Below are positions 34,722 through 43,932 of a stretch of 64,000 bases of DNA, piece after piece. The first letter of the stretch is position 1; each line of letters begins with the position of its first letter. The notes beneath the pieces were generated by a model. That model did no database searches and had not been told where the DNA came from. It saw only the letters and a program-made list of their open reading frames with translations. This DNA comes from Polyangiaceae bacterium (GTDB lineage Bacteria > Myxococcota_A > Polyangia > Polyangiales > Polyangiaceae): contig CBDCTZ010000016.1 in NCBI GenBank assembly GCA_965222375.1, positions 1,088,001 through 1,152,000 on the forward strand, given 5' to 3'. Made by a program: the position numbers and the translations under genes.

Positions 34722-35581
34722 GAAGTGTTCGGGCTGCGCTTTGGCCGGCCTCCTGGGCCGTAAGCAGTGCGCCGTTTTTCATCGCCGCGTTGCTCGTCAT
34801 GCAGGGGCTCACGGGGTGTCGCTGTTCCAAGAAGGACTCGGCGCCTGCGGCGTCGGCCTCCGCCAAGGGACCGAGGATCTTGCCGCCGCTCTCGGAAAAG
34901 AGCTGGCTCATCGATCTGCCCGTGGCGGGGCACGCACCCGCAAAGGTCGCTGTGCCCTTGGGCGCGGTGCACCCCGCGCCCGTCGTCCTTGCGCTGCATG
35001 GGGCATTCGATCGCCCCGAGTGGCAGTGCGGTCACTGGGCTGCAATCACCGATGGCAAGCCCTTCGTACTCTGTCCGACAGGAGTGAAGAACGGTGCGCG
35101 CTTCAGCTGGTCGTCCCCGGAGGCGACAGCCAAAGAGCTGCGCGCGGCGCTCGAGGCGCTCAAGAAGCGCTTCGGCGACCACGTTGCACCGGGCAGCGTC
35201 GTGTTGGCTGGCTACGGCAAGGGCGCCGACCACGCCATCGTGGTCCAGAAACAGGAGCCCTCGTTCTTTTCGTATCTAGTGCTGATCGAGGGCGGCGCCA
35301 CAGACTGGACCTCGACGATGGCTGCGGCGTTCGCTCAACGCGGCGGCAAGCGGATTCTATTCGCATGCGCCCACGCCGGCTGCGTCGAACACGTGGACCG
35401 GGCGCGGCTGTTTTCGGTCGGGGCGGGCGTAGACACGATGACACTGACGCTGCCCACGGAGGACAGGCTGTTTTCTCCCAAAGCGGTTCGCGCGGTGCGC
35501 AGCAAGTGGGCCTGGCTCAAGGGTAAGGGAGCGCCTGGAGCCACGGCTCCGAAACGCTCGCCTCCAGCACTCACTCCCTGA
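34718..35581 (+). CDS. Exported alpha/beta-hydrolase-fold protein, nucleophile Ser apparently lost
   Basis: PVVLALHGAFDRPEWQC, LCPTG, LAGYGKGA, LIEGG; paralog of 40744-41643. Confidence 0.7.
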   Translation: MRSVRAALWPASWAVSSAPFFIAALLVMQGLTGCRCSKKDSAPAASASAKGPRILPPLSEKSWLIDLPVAGHAPAKVAVPLGAVHPAPVVLALHGAFDRPEWQCGHWAAITDGKPFVLCPTGVKNGARFSWSSPEATAKELRAALEALKKRFGDHVAPGSVVLAGYGKGADHAIVVQKQEPSFFSYLVLIEGGATDWTSTMAAAFAQRGGKRILFACAHAGCVEHVDRARLFSVGAGVDTMTLTLPTEDRLFSPKAVRAVRSKWAWLKGKGAPGATAPKRSPPALTP

Positions 35582-37205
35582 AAACCTCCAACGCAGGCCA
35601 CAAGGCATCCCGAGAGGACTCCAACTCGAATGCAACCCCATCAGGCGCGCGCACCAGGGCAATGGTCATGCTTGGCGCTGCCTTGGCCGCGCCAAGTTTG
35701 AGGTGATCGTGGGGCCATGTGGCGATAGCTGCGAGGACAGCTGGGTTGGCCGCTGCAAAGCTGATGAGACGGCGTTCGCTCCGTCGTGCCTTGGTGACAA
35801 TTGCCTGATGTGCGTCCTTGCTGGCGACAACCAGCTCCACGCCCTCTCCTTCGCGACGCCAGGCAACTTCCAGAAAGTCGTCGATGGTCTCGGATCGACG
35901 AAGGGACAACACCCGAATCTTCTCACGCAGCTCCACTTTGCCGAACGGGACGCCAGCATCGCCGGGTGGAACTTCTAGCGCACGCGCAGCGTCCATCATC
36001 GCCTTTTCGAAACTCGCGACCTGCGCGTTGTCAAAGCGACACCTCAGTATCGCTTTGGGTACTCGGTAGAACGCACAGGCATTGCTTGCTCCCCGGGCGC
36101 CAAGAACCGAAGCCAGGGCGGTGCCCAGCCGTGACATGCGCTGCGTTGGCACGCCGAAGTGGCGGGCAAACGCCTTCGCCCAGATTTGTCCGTCGCCGTC
36201 ACGTTCTGGCTGCATGTACCACACGGCCTTCGCCGTTGAACCGCCCGGCATGCGCAACAGTGGCGTCATCGAACCGACAGTCATCTTGGTGAGTGTTGTG
36301 TCTCCCTCGCTGCCCTTGGCGACTCGCAGCTTCCCCTGGGCCAGGACCGTGTCGCCACGCAAGTTGAGCGTTAGCGTTGCTCCTTCCCCCGACCGCATGA
36401 TCCTTTGAACCACCGAGATGATCGGGGCCCACAGAGATTCTGCCACTATGCCGGTCGCCGAATCCTTGGCACTGGTGCGCTTGGTTCGGGCAACAAGAAG
36501 GGGACCGTAAGCGCGGACTGCGCGTCGATCCGCGCGAAAGTCCAGGGCGTTTCGCGTGGTCAATTTCGGAGCCAGGGTTTGCGCGACAAACGGCCCCGCG
36601 CTGAGCAAGGGGGCTCGCTCGGTTGCAACCAGCAACCAGTCACCACTCCGCGCGACGTGCGCAAGCATTTCGACGCGCGGCTGCAGCACTGTCAACGCAA
36701 GCTTCGAGTGTTCAACCGGCTCGAACATGGCCAACGGGCCCTCGAACACCTCTTGATCAAACTTGGACCTGTCACGCAACCGGAACCCGGCGACTACGTA
36801 GGGCGTCTTACCGTGGATCCCTATGAGCGCGGCGAATGGTTTTTCTTTGTCCAATAGCTGGGTCGCTGCCGAACTGATCCCGCCAAATCGAACCAACGCT
36901 TCTGGCAGCTCGTAGGGCAGCCGCGGAATGGCAGGGCCCGTAGCCGCCTTGAGAGCCTTCCAACCGATTTCTGGGTTGGCACCCGACACGACTGCGATCA
37001 CCCCATCTGGCCGCTCTGCTCGTGGTGCCAAACCATCCGCTGCGCGGGGCTCAGGTGGCGCTGCAGGCTCGGGGCCGAAGCGGGAAATGGCTATGGGAGC
37101 GATCACCCCGAGTCCAATCACGAGCGCAATCGCCAAGATCCAGTCCCTACGGCGTTTAGAGTCACCCTGCTTGGCGGCCGGTGCCGACGGCGGATCAGAC
37201 TTCAC
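35571..37205 (-). CDS. Hypothetical membrane-anchored protein
   Basis: 544 aa ORF filling the gap; N-terminal TM helix. Confidence 0.65.
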   Translation of the reverse strand: MKSDPPSAPAAKQGDSKRRRDWILAIALVIGLGVIAPIAISRFGPEPAAPPEPRAADGLAPRAERPDGVIAVVSGANPEIGWKALKAATGPAIPRLPYELPEALVRFGGISSAATQLLDKEKPFAALIGIHGKTPYVVAGFRLRDRSKFDQEVFEGPLAMFEPVEHSKLALTVLQPRVEMLAHVARSGDWLLVATERAPLLSAGPFVAQTLAPKLTTRNALDFRADRRAVRAYGPLLVARTKRTSAKDSATGIVAESLWAPIISVVQRIMRSGEGATLTLNLRGDTVLAQGKLRVAKGSEGDTTLTKMTVGSMTPLLRMPGGSTAKAVWYMQPERDGDGQIWAKAFARHFGVPTQRMSRLGTALASVLGARGASNACAFYRVPKAILRCRFDNAQVASFEKAMMDAARALEVPPGDAGVPFGKVELREKIRVLSLRRSETIDDFLEVAWRREGEGVELVVASKDAHQAIVTKARRSERRLISFAAANPAVLAAIATWPHDHLKLGAAKAAPSMTIALVRAPDGVAFELESSRDALWPALEVFRE

Positions 37206-37252
37206 AAATGCGGTTTTACACTGGCCGCGCGGGGGCTGTCATTGCGAACGGT

Positions 37253-39103
37253 TCAATTGCACCCGCATGCTTGAAGTGCCTTGGCTTTGTTGGCGCAAAA
37301 CACGTCCCATTTCTGGTCGCAACAGTAAGCGTCCGTTTTGCAAACCTCGGTGGCGCAGCTCGAGCAGGAAGCGGGCATCGCGCCGCCCTCCTCGCACTCG
37401 CTGTGCACGCAGTTTCCCCCGTTGTTGCAGTCCGTGGTGCATTCCGTGAGTGAGTTCGCGATGTCGACGCATTCCTGATCCCAATTACCGACCAAAGCGT
37501 TGCAACAGAATGGTGCCTTCTTGCACACAGCGGCGACGCAGGTGCTGCACACGGAGTTCATCGGTGTGCCCAGCTTGCACGGGTTGTGGGTGCACTTTGC
37601 CGAACCCGTACAAGAAACCGGGCAGATTGCGTTCGTCAGTTGAATGCACGTGTCGTCCCAACCTGAGCGGCAGCAGAAGGTGTCGACGGCACAGACCGCC
37701 GCCGTGCACAGGCCGCATGTGGGATCCAACGGCCCCCCCTCGGTGCATTCGTCGTGGTCACATTTGCCGCTGCCGGTCGTGCCCCCGCTGCCCGGGCCGC
37801 ACCCCTTCGTCGGGTTGCTGCAGGGCACGCAGGCACCGTAGCCACCCGCTACGGGTTGGCACTGCATGTGCAGCTCGTGCTTGTCCTTACCGAACAACTT
37901 GTCCATCAGGAAGGCAGCCGCAATCTGGGCCAGCGGGCTGCCCTTGAACAGATCGTTTACAATGGGGTCCAGCGGGATGGGCTTGCAGTCCACGTCCGTC
38001 TTGCAAGGCACGCACAGACCACACTTCTTCCCGTCGATGATCTCGATGCTTGCGCAGGATTTCATGGGGTACTTGATGACGGCATTGCTGATCTTGACGC
38101 CGAGGATCTTGTCGTCCCCGATCAGGTCCTTGAGCGCCTTGCCGACGTCGAAATCAGCCGTGACGTTGGCGCAGTCTGGATCTGTGGAGCAGGTATTGGT
38201 CACGCTGTTGAATGGGGGGGGCAACGCCGCCCCACCCAGATCCGAGCAGCCCTTCGCTGGGTGCACGCAGGTGCCGTGGCTACTGTTCACCGGCAGCTTG
38301 CACTCCCACTTTTCAGTCGCTTCCGAGTTGCCACAGCCGAAGCACTCAGCGTTCTGCTGACAGCCACCCACGGGAGTCGTTAACCCGCCCGCCTGCCCGC
38401 AGGGCTTGACGCATTGTCCCTTCTGACACGCGAGGCCGGGATCGCATCCGGTCGTAGGCGTGCACTCGGTGCAGACGTGGTTCACGCAGAAGGTGGCGCT
38501 CTTTCCCCCCAGATTGCACTGTGCGCAATCCGCATTTTGCTTGCAGCTGCCCGGGCATTTTGCCGTACACTTGCCTTGCTTGCAGGTGTCGGCGCCGGTA
38601 CAGCCCTCGAGTTCCGAGGTGGAGCAAGCCACGCACTTGCCGCCAGCGCAGACCTGGTGCAGCGGATCGCACGCGAGGCAATCCGCCTTCGTTTTGCATG
38701 TGATGGTCGGTTCCCCTTGGGCATCCGTGGGACAGGTCAATTCGGCTGGGGCGCAGGTCCCAAAGGAAGTGCACTTCTCTCCGGCTGCGCAGCCGGTGCC
38801 CGTCTTCGCATCGCACGCCACACAGCGCGTATTGGCGACATCGCACTTGTCTCGACCGAACGAGCAGCCAACGCATTGGTCGTCTGAAGTGCAGTTGTTC
38901 AACAAGCAGATGCCCGTGGGCGCGCCGCCCGCTCCTGCTCCGGATTGACCCGCGTCGCCGCTCGCTCCACCACTACCACCGGATCCTCCGGAGCCAGGAG
39001 GCCCGCCGCCTCCGCCTCCACTACTGCAGGCCGAGATGATCAGCAGCGCGCTAACCAAGGCAGCTATCGTTGTGATCAAAGCGGAGTGACGATTTCGACG
39101 CAA
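37253..39103 (-). CDS. Large Cys-rich repeat lipoprotein
   Basis: GGAGG RBS and TTG at 39103; ISAC lipobox; Gly linker; many Cys modules; three C-terminal CxH..C...CC...WD..C repeats. Confidence 0.8.
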   Translation of the reverse strand: MRRNRHSALITTIAALVSALLIISACSSGGGGGGPPGSGGSGGSGGASGDAGQSGAGAGGAPTGICLLNNCTSDDQCVGCSFGRDKCDVANTRCVACDAKTGTGCAAGEKCTSFGTCAPAELTCPTDAQGEPTITCKTKADCLACDPLHQVCAGGKCVACSTSELEGCTGADTCKQGKCTAKCPGSCKQNADCAQCNLGGKSATFCVNHVCTECTPTTGCDPGLACQKGQCVKPCGQAGGLTTPVGGCQQNAECFGCGNSEATEKWECKLPVNSSHGTCVHPAKGCSDLGGAALPPPFNSVTNTCSTDPDCANVTADFDVGKALKDLIGDDKILGVKISNAVIKYPMKSCASIEIIDGKKCGLCVPCKTDVDCKPIPLDPIVNDLFKGSPLAQIAAAFLMDKLFGKDKHELHMQCQPVAGGYGACVPCSNPTKGCGPGSGGTTGSGKCDHDECTEGGPLDPTCGLCTAAVCAVDTFCCRSGWDDTCIQLTNAICPVSCTGSAKCTHNPCKLGTPMNSVCSTCVAAVCKKAPFCCNALVGNWDQECVDIANSLTECTTDCNNGGNCVHSECEEGGAMPASCSSCATEVCKTDAYCCDQKWDVFCANKAKALQACGCN

Positions 39104-39250
39104 AGCACACCTCCAAAGCCGCTCGGGAGGATAGCACGCGCTGCGGGGTCGGGCGCGTGGCCGCCTCCCGGCAGGTCGTGTATCGTCTGCACATTGCGCC
39201 GATTTGGACCGCATTCTCGCGGGTGTCCGGCGCCCCCGCCCGCACCACCG

Positions 39251-40747
39251 ATGAGTTCTGCGCGACGCCGTCCCAGCTGGCTCGACCAAGTAGGTATTCC
39301 CCTGAGGCTTTCGTTGGTGTGGGGTCTCCTGCCCTTCGCCGCGTTGTCCGCGGCTTTCGTCGCCCGACCCAGCCCCCCGCACGACTACTGGTGGCCTCTG
39401 GTCCAGGGTCGCCTGGTGTCTTGGGGCGGCGCTGTGCCGCTCGTCGATTCCTATCTCTACTCTCTGCCGGCGGACACCCCATTCGTCAATCAACAGTGGC
39501 TGGCTCACTGGCTGCTCTATATGTGCTTCAGGCACGGCGGGTACGCAGCGGTCGCCCTGCTCGCGAGCGCAGTCTGTCTGCTCGCTTGGGCCATGCTGCT
39601 CGAGCTTTCTCTTGCGCGCTCAGGAAACGCCGTGGCCGCGTCGATCGCCGCGACCATTGGGGTGGTGTTCGCCTCTCCAATGCTGGTTCCACGCGCGCAG
39701 ACCTTGGTCTTTCCGCTATTTGTGCTCACGCTAGTGATCACGACCGGCGTTGCGGACAAGCATCTGCGAGTGCGCTCCCTATTTTGGCTTGTCCCAATCA
39801 CAGCGGTCTGGGCGAACTTGCACGGCAGCTTCGTTTTGGTTTGGGGAGTCTTCGCGGTCGCCGGATTGACTCAGCTGAGGGACGCACCTGGTGCGAGTAG
39901 GTGGCGCACGATTGGGTTTCTCGGGGCAACAGGCACGCTACTACTGCTCGCGAGCGTCGTGAGCCCAAACGGTTTGGGCACAATCCGACACGTGATTGCC
40001 GGCGTGGGTGTCGAGCGGGTTACGGAGTGGAGCCCCCCGGTTGCACGCAGCGCCGAAGGCGCAGTGTCCATCGGCGCCATTCTGCTTTTCTTTGGGTTTT
40101 CTCTGTTCCGGTGGCGCAGCTTGCGACTGCACGATCTTTTGCTGATTGTCACCTTCTCGGCGTTCGCCCTGCGTGCCTCACGCGGAATCGTGTGGTGGGC
40201 GATGTTGTTTCCGGTTGTTGCGCCTCGTCTATTCGCGTCCAAGCCGCGGGAAGAAGCACGTAACTGGGGCCACGCCCTACCCGTGCTGGCGCTGGCAGGT
40301 GTCGTGGTCGCATGCTTGCCGGGGATCGGGATGAAGACGCTCCGCTTGCGGGCGGAGCCAAGCACCAAGCCAAGCGGTGAAGGCGCGGGCTACCTCAACT
40401 CCGACAACCCCATCGAGTTGGTACGACGAGCTCATGCCATGGGCGCGCGCCGTGTTTTCCACGACCAGAAGCTTGGGGCGCTGGTGGAGTTCATTTGTGC
40501 GCCAGACTCCCCGCGTCCGGTCGCTTTCGTCGACCAGCGCATGGAACTCATCCCAGAAAAGGTCTGGCAGCAGTACTTCGCTCTCTCCCGGGGTGAGGGG
40601 GACGTGATCGCGATGCTGACCGCGCTTCGGGTGGACACGGTGATCGCTCACCGAGACGAGCAAGCTGGCCTGGTGGCCGCCCTGAACAAGGCCGGCTTTG
40701 CGTCTGCCCAGGCGCAGGGCAAGTATGTCCTCATTCGTTTGAAATGA
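39251..40747 (+). CDS. Polytopic membrane protein, probable GT-C glycosyltransferase
   Basis: PHDYWWPLVQGR after TM1, QWL, WANLHGSF, TEWSPP, FVDQRME; many TM helices. Confidence 0.7.
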   Translation: MSSARRRPSWLDQVGIPLRLSLVWGLLPFAALSAAFVARPSPPHDYWWPLVQGRLVSWGGAVPLVDSYLYSLPADTPFVNQQWLAHWLLYMCFRHGGYAAVALLASAVCLLAWAMLLELSLARSGNAVAASIAATIGVVFASPMLVPRAQTLVFPLFVLTLVITTGVADKHLRVRSLFWLVPITAVWANLHGSFVLVWGVFAVAGLTQLRDAPGASRWRTIGFLGATGTLLLLASVVSPNGLGTIRHVIAGVGVERVTEWSPPVARSAEGAVSIGAILLFFGFSLFRWRSLRLHDLLLIVTFSAFALRASRGIVWWAMLFPVVAPRLFASKPREEARNWGHALPVLALAGVVVACLPGIGMKTLRLRAEPSTKPSGEGAGYLNSDNPIELVRRAHAMGARRVFHDQKLGALVEFICAPDSPRPVAFVDQRMELIPEKVWQQYFALSRGEGDVIAMLTALRVDTVIAHRDEQAGLVAALNKAGFASAQAQGKYVLIRLK

Positions 40748-41643
40748 GAACAACGTCCATTTCCAGAAGCTCAGCAGCCACGGTGGTCTTGTGCCTCACA
40801 GCGGCGTGCGGCCGCAGTGCGACCCGCTGTACCAAGGATTCTCGTGAGCGCACGGCGCAGAGCGCACACCGGGTGGTGGAAGCGTCCGCGCCTTTGAAGG
40901 AGCCCGCGGCAGACCCTTCGCATGCAGACGCGTCAGACGCAACCGTCGAACTCGCCCCGCTTGCCTCCGCGACTGACTACCAGAGACTGCCCGTCGACGG
41001 GTTTCGTGATGCGATCGTCTCAATCCCCCACGGTGCGAAGCAGCCGCGCCCGGTGATCGTCGCATTGCATGGGAACTACGACAGGCCTGAATGGCAATGC
41101 GAGGTTTGGCGGGAGGCCCTCAACCCGAACGCGTTCATCCTATGCCCCCGCGGCATTCCTCGAGGAGACGCACCCAAGAGGGAAGACCGTTGGACTTATG
41201 GCAGCGCAAAGATGCTCGAGAGCGAAATCGCCGCGGCAATGCAAGCGCTGGTCGACCGCTACCCACAGTATGTAGACCGCGCGGACCCGATTCTGATTGG
41301 GTTTTCGCTTGGGGCAATTCTGGCAACGCATCTCGTGGGCAAGGAGACGTTTCCATTCCGGCGTTTGGTACTGATCGAGGGGGGGTACAAGAGCTGGCAT
41401 CCGGGCCGGGCGAAGGGACTGGCGCCAACCGGCCGGGTGCTGTTCGCTTGCGGTCAGGGAGCGTGCAAAGCTGCTTCGGAGCGCGCAGCGCGTGTAATGC
41501 GGGCAAATGGCCTCGAAACGCGCGTCGTGCTGGGGGGCAAGGTTGGGCACACCTACGACGGAGTGGTTGCCCGCGCAGTTCAGCAACACTGGATTTGGCT
41601 CAGTGCGGGAGACATTGATGCAGGGGCCGCAGTCGAAGACTGA
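40744..41643 (+). CDS. Exported alpha/beta hydrolase (putative lipoprotein)
   Basis: TAAC lipobox-like; ALHGNYDRPEWQC, GFSLG nucleophile elbow, GHTY catalytic His. Confidence 0.8.
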   Translation: MRTTSISRSSAATVVLCLTAACGRSATRCTKDSRERTAQSAHRVVEASAPLKEPAADPSHADASDATVELAPLASATDYQRLPVDGFRDAIVSIPHGAKQPRPVIVALHGNYDRPEWQCEVWREALNPNAFILCPRGIPRGDAPKREDRWTYGSAKMLESEIAAAMQALVDRYPQYVDRADPILIGFSLGAILATHLVGKETFPFRRLVLIEGGYKSWHPGRAKGLAPTGRVLFACGQGACKAASERAARVMRANGLETRVVLGGKVGHTYDGVVARAVQQHWIWLSAGDIDAGAAVED

Positions 41644-41668
41644 GCCCACAGCTGCTACACTTGTCGGC

Positions 41669-42331
41669 ATGAAGCGGCTGCTCACTCTGATCGCATCGTC
41701 TACGATTCTGCTGTTCTCCAATGCGTGCAACATGCTCAAGCCGGCGCCAACGCCGCCATACGAGTCCGTGATCGTCGTTGAAGGTGATCAGGGCCAGTAC
41801 CTCGAGGGGGCAACTGTCACGTTCAAGACGAAGGTGGTGGGCAAGTCTGACGCCAGCGGGCGGATCAATTTGCGACTACGCGGCGCCGAGGGACACGTGT
41901 TTGCGTTGAACGTGAAGTGCCCCGATGGCTACACGCAGCCCAAGAAACCCGTCACGGTCGTGCTGCGTCGTTTGGCAGGGGATTCCAAGGCTGAGTATCG
42001 AGTGAGCTGCCCTCGCGCGATGCGACGCGTGGTCGTTGCCGTGCGTGCAGACAAAGGCCCCAACCTGCCTGTAGTGTATCTTGGGCGCAAGGTTGCAACG
42101 ACGGATGGGTTGGGTGTCGCCCACGTTGCGCTCGATGTGACACCGAACCAGAGCATCCTGCTCAAGCTCGACACGAGCGAACGGAAGCGCCTACGTCCGG
42201 AAAACCCAACCAATTCATTTGAAGTGAAGAACGCCGACGAGCTGTTTGTGTTCGATCAGACATTCACCGTCGAGCGTCCCAAGCGGGTGTATCGCAGGAG
42301 GTCAAAGCCCACGGGACCCCAGCCCATCTGA
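41669..42331 (+). CDS. Putative lipoprotein with two beta-sandwich-like repeats
   Basis: MKRLLTLIASSTILLFSNAC; repeats VGKSDASG / VATTDGLG. Confidence 0.7.
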   Translation: MKRLLTLIASSTILLFSNACNMLKPAPTPPYESVIVVEGDQGQYLEGATVTFKTKVVGKSDASGRINLRLRGAEGHVFALNVKCPDGYTQPKKPVTVVLRRLAGDSKAEYRVSCPRAMRRVVVAVRADKGPNLPVVYLGRKVATTDGLGVAHVALDVTPNQSILLKLDTSERKRLRPENPTNSFEVKNADELFVFDQTFTVERPKRVYRRRSKPTGPQPI

Positions 42332-42438
42332 GCTTTGCGAGCCACGCTGAAATTTTACTGTCAGGTGGCAAAAATACTTGACATTATTGAGTTTTTGTCC
42401 TTTCGCGACCGCCTAGCCCGCGCTACAGTGACACTGTG

Positions 42439-42627
42439 ATGGCGGATGGAAGAACTCGAACCGGCCTCAGCGTCCTGCGAAATAGCAGGGGCGCAGTGGC
42501 CACCGAGTACGTGGTGCTGCTTGGCACCTGCGCCATCGCCATTGCCGGGGCCATCGTCGGATGGGGCCCGGCGCTGTATGCAAATTACGCACGGTCGCAA
42601 GGCATAATCTTGTCGCCGTTTCCGTAA
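42439..42627 (+). CDS. Flp-like minor pilin
   Basis: RG/AVATEY prepilin cleavage motif followed by a hydrophobic helix. Confidence 0.7.
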   Translation: MADGRTRTGLSVLRNSRGAVATEYVVLLGTCAIAIAGAIVGWGPALYANYARSQGIILSPFP

Positions 42628-42673
42628 GTGTCAGAGCGTGTTTTTCGGCAAAGGTATCAGTGAGAGGTCAGTC

Positions 42674-42841
42674 ATGAATAGCATTCGTCGTTTACTGCAG
42701 GACAAGAAGGGCGCCAACCTGGTCGAGTACCTTCTACTTCTGGCACTCATTGCCATCGTCGTCATTGCGGCCGCGCGTACCTTCGGTACCAGCGTGAGCA
42801 GCAAGATGGACGAGAAGAGAGGCGACGTCGAAGGATTGTGA
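42674..42841 (+). CDS. flp: Flp family type IVc (Tad) major pilin
   Basis: LQDKKG/ANLVEYLLLLALIAIVVI; 55 aa; GAGG RBS. Confidence 0.92.
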   Translation: MNSIRRLLQDKKGANLVEYLLLLALIAIVVIAAARTFGTSVSSKMDEKRGDVEGL

Positions 42842-42865
42842 TCTCACCTCCGGAACTCAGCGGGG

Positions 42866-43411
42866 ATGAACGGCGAACAGTACCTAATACTTGCCGCCGT
42901 CATCACCGCTGGGGCTGCGGCAGTCTTCGACTGGCGCACCGGGGAGATCCCAAACTGGTTGACGTTCGGCTCGCTGGCTGCAGCTTTCCTGGGCAAGCTC
43001 ACTTTCGGCTATTTGTCGGCAGGGGGCCCTGGGGCGTTGCGCGGTTTGATGTCCGCTCTGGCAGCGGCGATTCTCTGCGCAATCATTCCGTTCCTACTCT
43101 TTAGAGTCGGAGCGATGGGTGGTGGCGACGTCAAGCTGCTCGTAGCCGTGGGCGTGTTTCTAGGACCGTTGGTTGGTGTTGAAGCGCAAATGTATTCGTT
43201 CATCGTGGGTGCACTGTATGCACCTGCGCGGCTTGCGTATCAGGGCAAATTACTAAGAACACTCGGTAACAGCGTGGCACTCGTGAAGAATGTTTTCGTC
43301 CCCAAAGCGCGCCGCAAAGAGGTGCCGCAGGAGATGATGTCCGAGCTGCGTTTTGCCCCGTCGGTCTTAGTGGCCAACCTAATGGTCGTGCTACTGTATT
43401 GGAGGGCGTGA
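42866..43411 (+). CDS. cpaA: Prepilin peptidase (A24; CpaA/TadV)
   Basis: FDWRTGEIPNWL and MGGGDVKL aspartate motifs. Confidence 0.92.
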   Translation: MNGEQYLILAAVITAGAAAVFDWRTGEIPNWLTFGSLAAAFLGKLTFGYLSAGGPGALRGLMSALAAAILCAIIPFLLFRVGAMGGGDVKLLVAVGVFLGPLVGVEAQMYSFIVGALYAPARLAYQGKLLRTLGNSVALVKNVFVPKARRKEVPQEMMSELRFAPSVLVANLMVVLLYWRA

Positions 43412-43932
43412 TGGCGATGGACGAGCGACGACGACTTTCACGAGACACCAAAGGTGCCGTGTACGTCGAATTCCTCGCCGTGTTCATGCCCTTGTTGACG
43501 GCGTTCCTGTGTCTAGCTCAAGGCGTCGGAATGTATTCAGCAAAGCTGGTCACGAAGCACGCCGCTCTACTTGGTGCGCGGGCCGCAGTGGTGGTGATTC
43601 CCGACGACCAACAGTACTACGGTGGCGAGCAACCGGGTAGGGCGGACGGCAAGCGCAACGATGACATAAAGAAAGCGGTGCTCACCGGACTCGGCGCGAG
43701 CCAGAGCATATCGCTCGCTCTTTCTATGGACAACATCATCGTCGCTGGTGGTGGTAGCAAGGCCAACAAGGCGTCCTTTGGCCGCGACGAAACCGTCACG
43801 GTGTACGTCGATTCCATCTACCGCTGCAGCCTGCCCATCGGCAAGTACGCCGTATGCGGCTTTGATACTCTCGCGAAACTAGAGGCAAAGGCCTCGCTAC
43901 GCATTCACGGAGCAGACTATGTATACCCGTGA
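43411..43932 (+). CDS. tadE: TadE-like pseudopilin
   Basis: KG/AVYVEFL..F.P; AA..GARAAVV. Confidence 0.85.
   Translation: MAMDERRRLSRDTKGAVYVEFLAVFMPLLTAFLCLAQGVGMYSAKLVTKHAALLGARAAVVVIPDDQQYYGGEQPGRADGKRNDDIKKAVLTGLGASQSISLALSMDNIIVAGGGSKANKASFGRDETVTVYVDSIYRCSLPIGKYAVCGFDTLAKLEAKASLRIHGADYVYP

Noticed and set aside
42366..42382. Sigma54 promoter TGGCA...TTG upstream of the pilins
   Set aside because: GG-N10-GC spacing is not satisfied.
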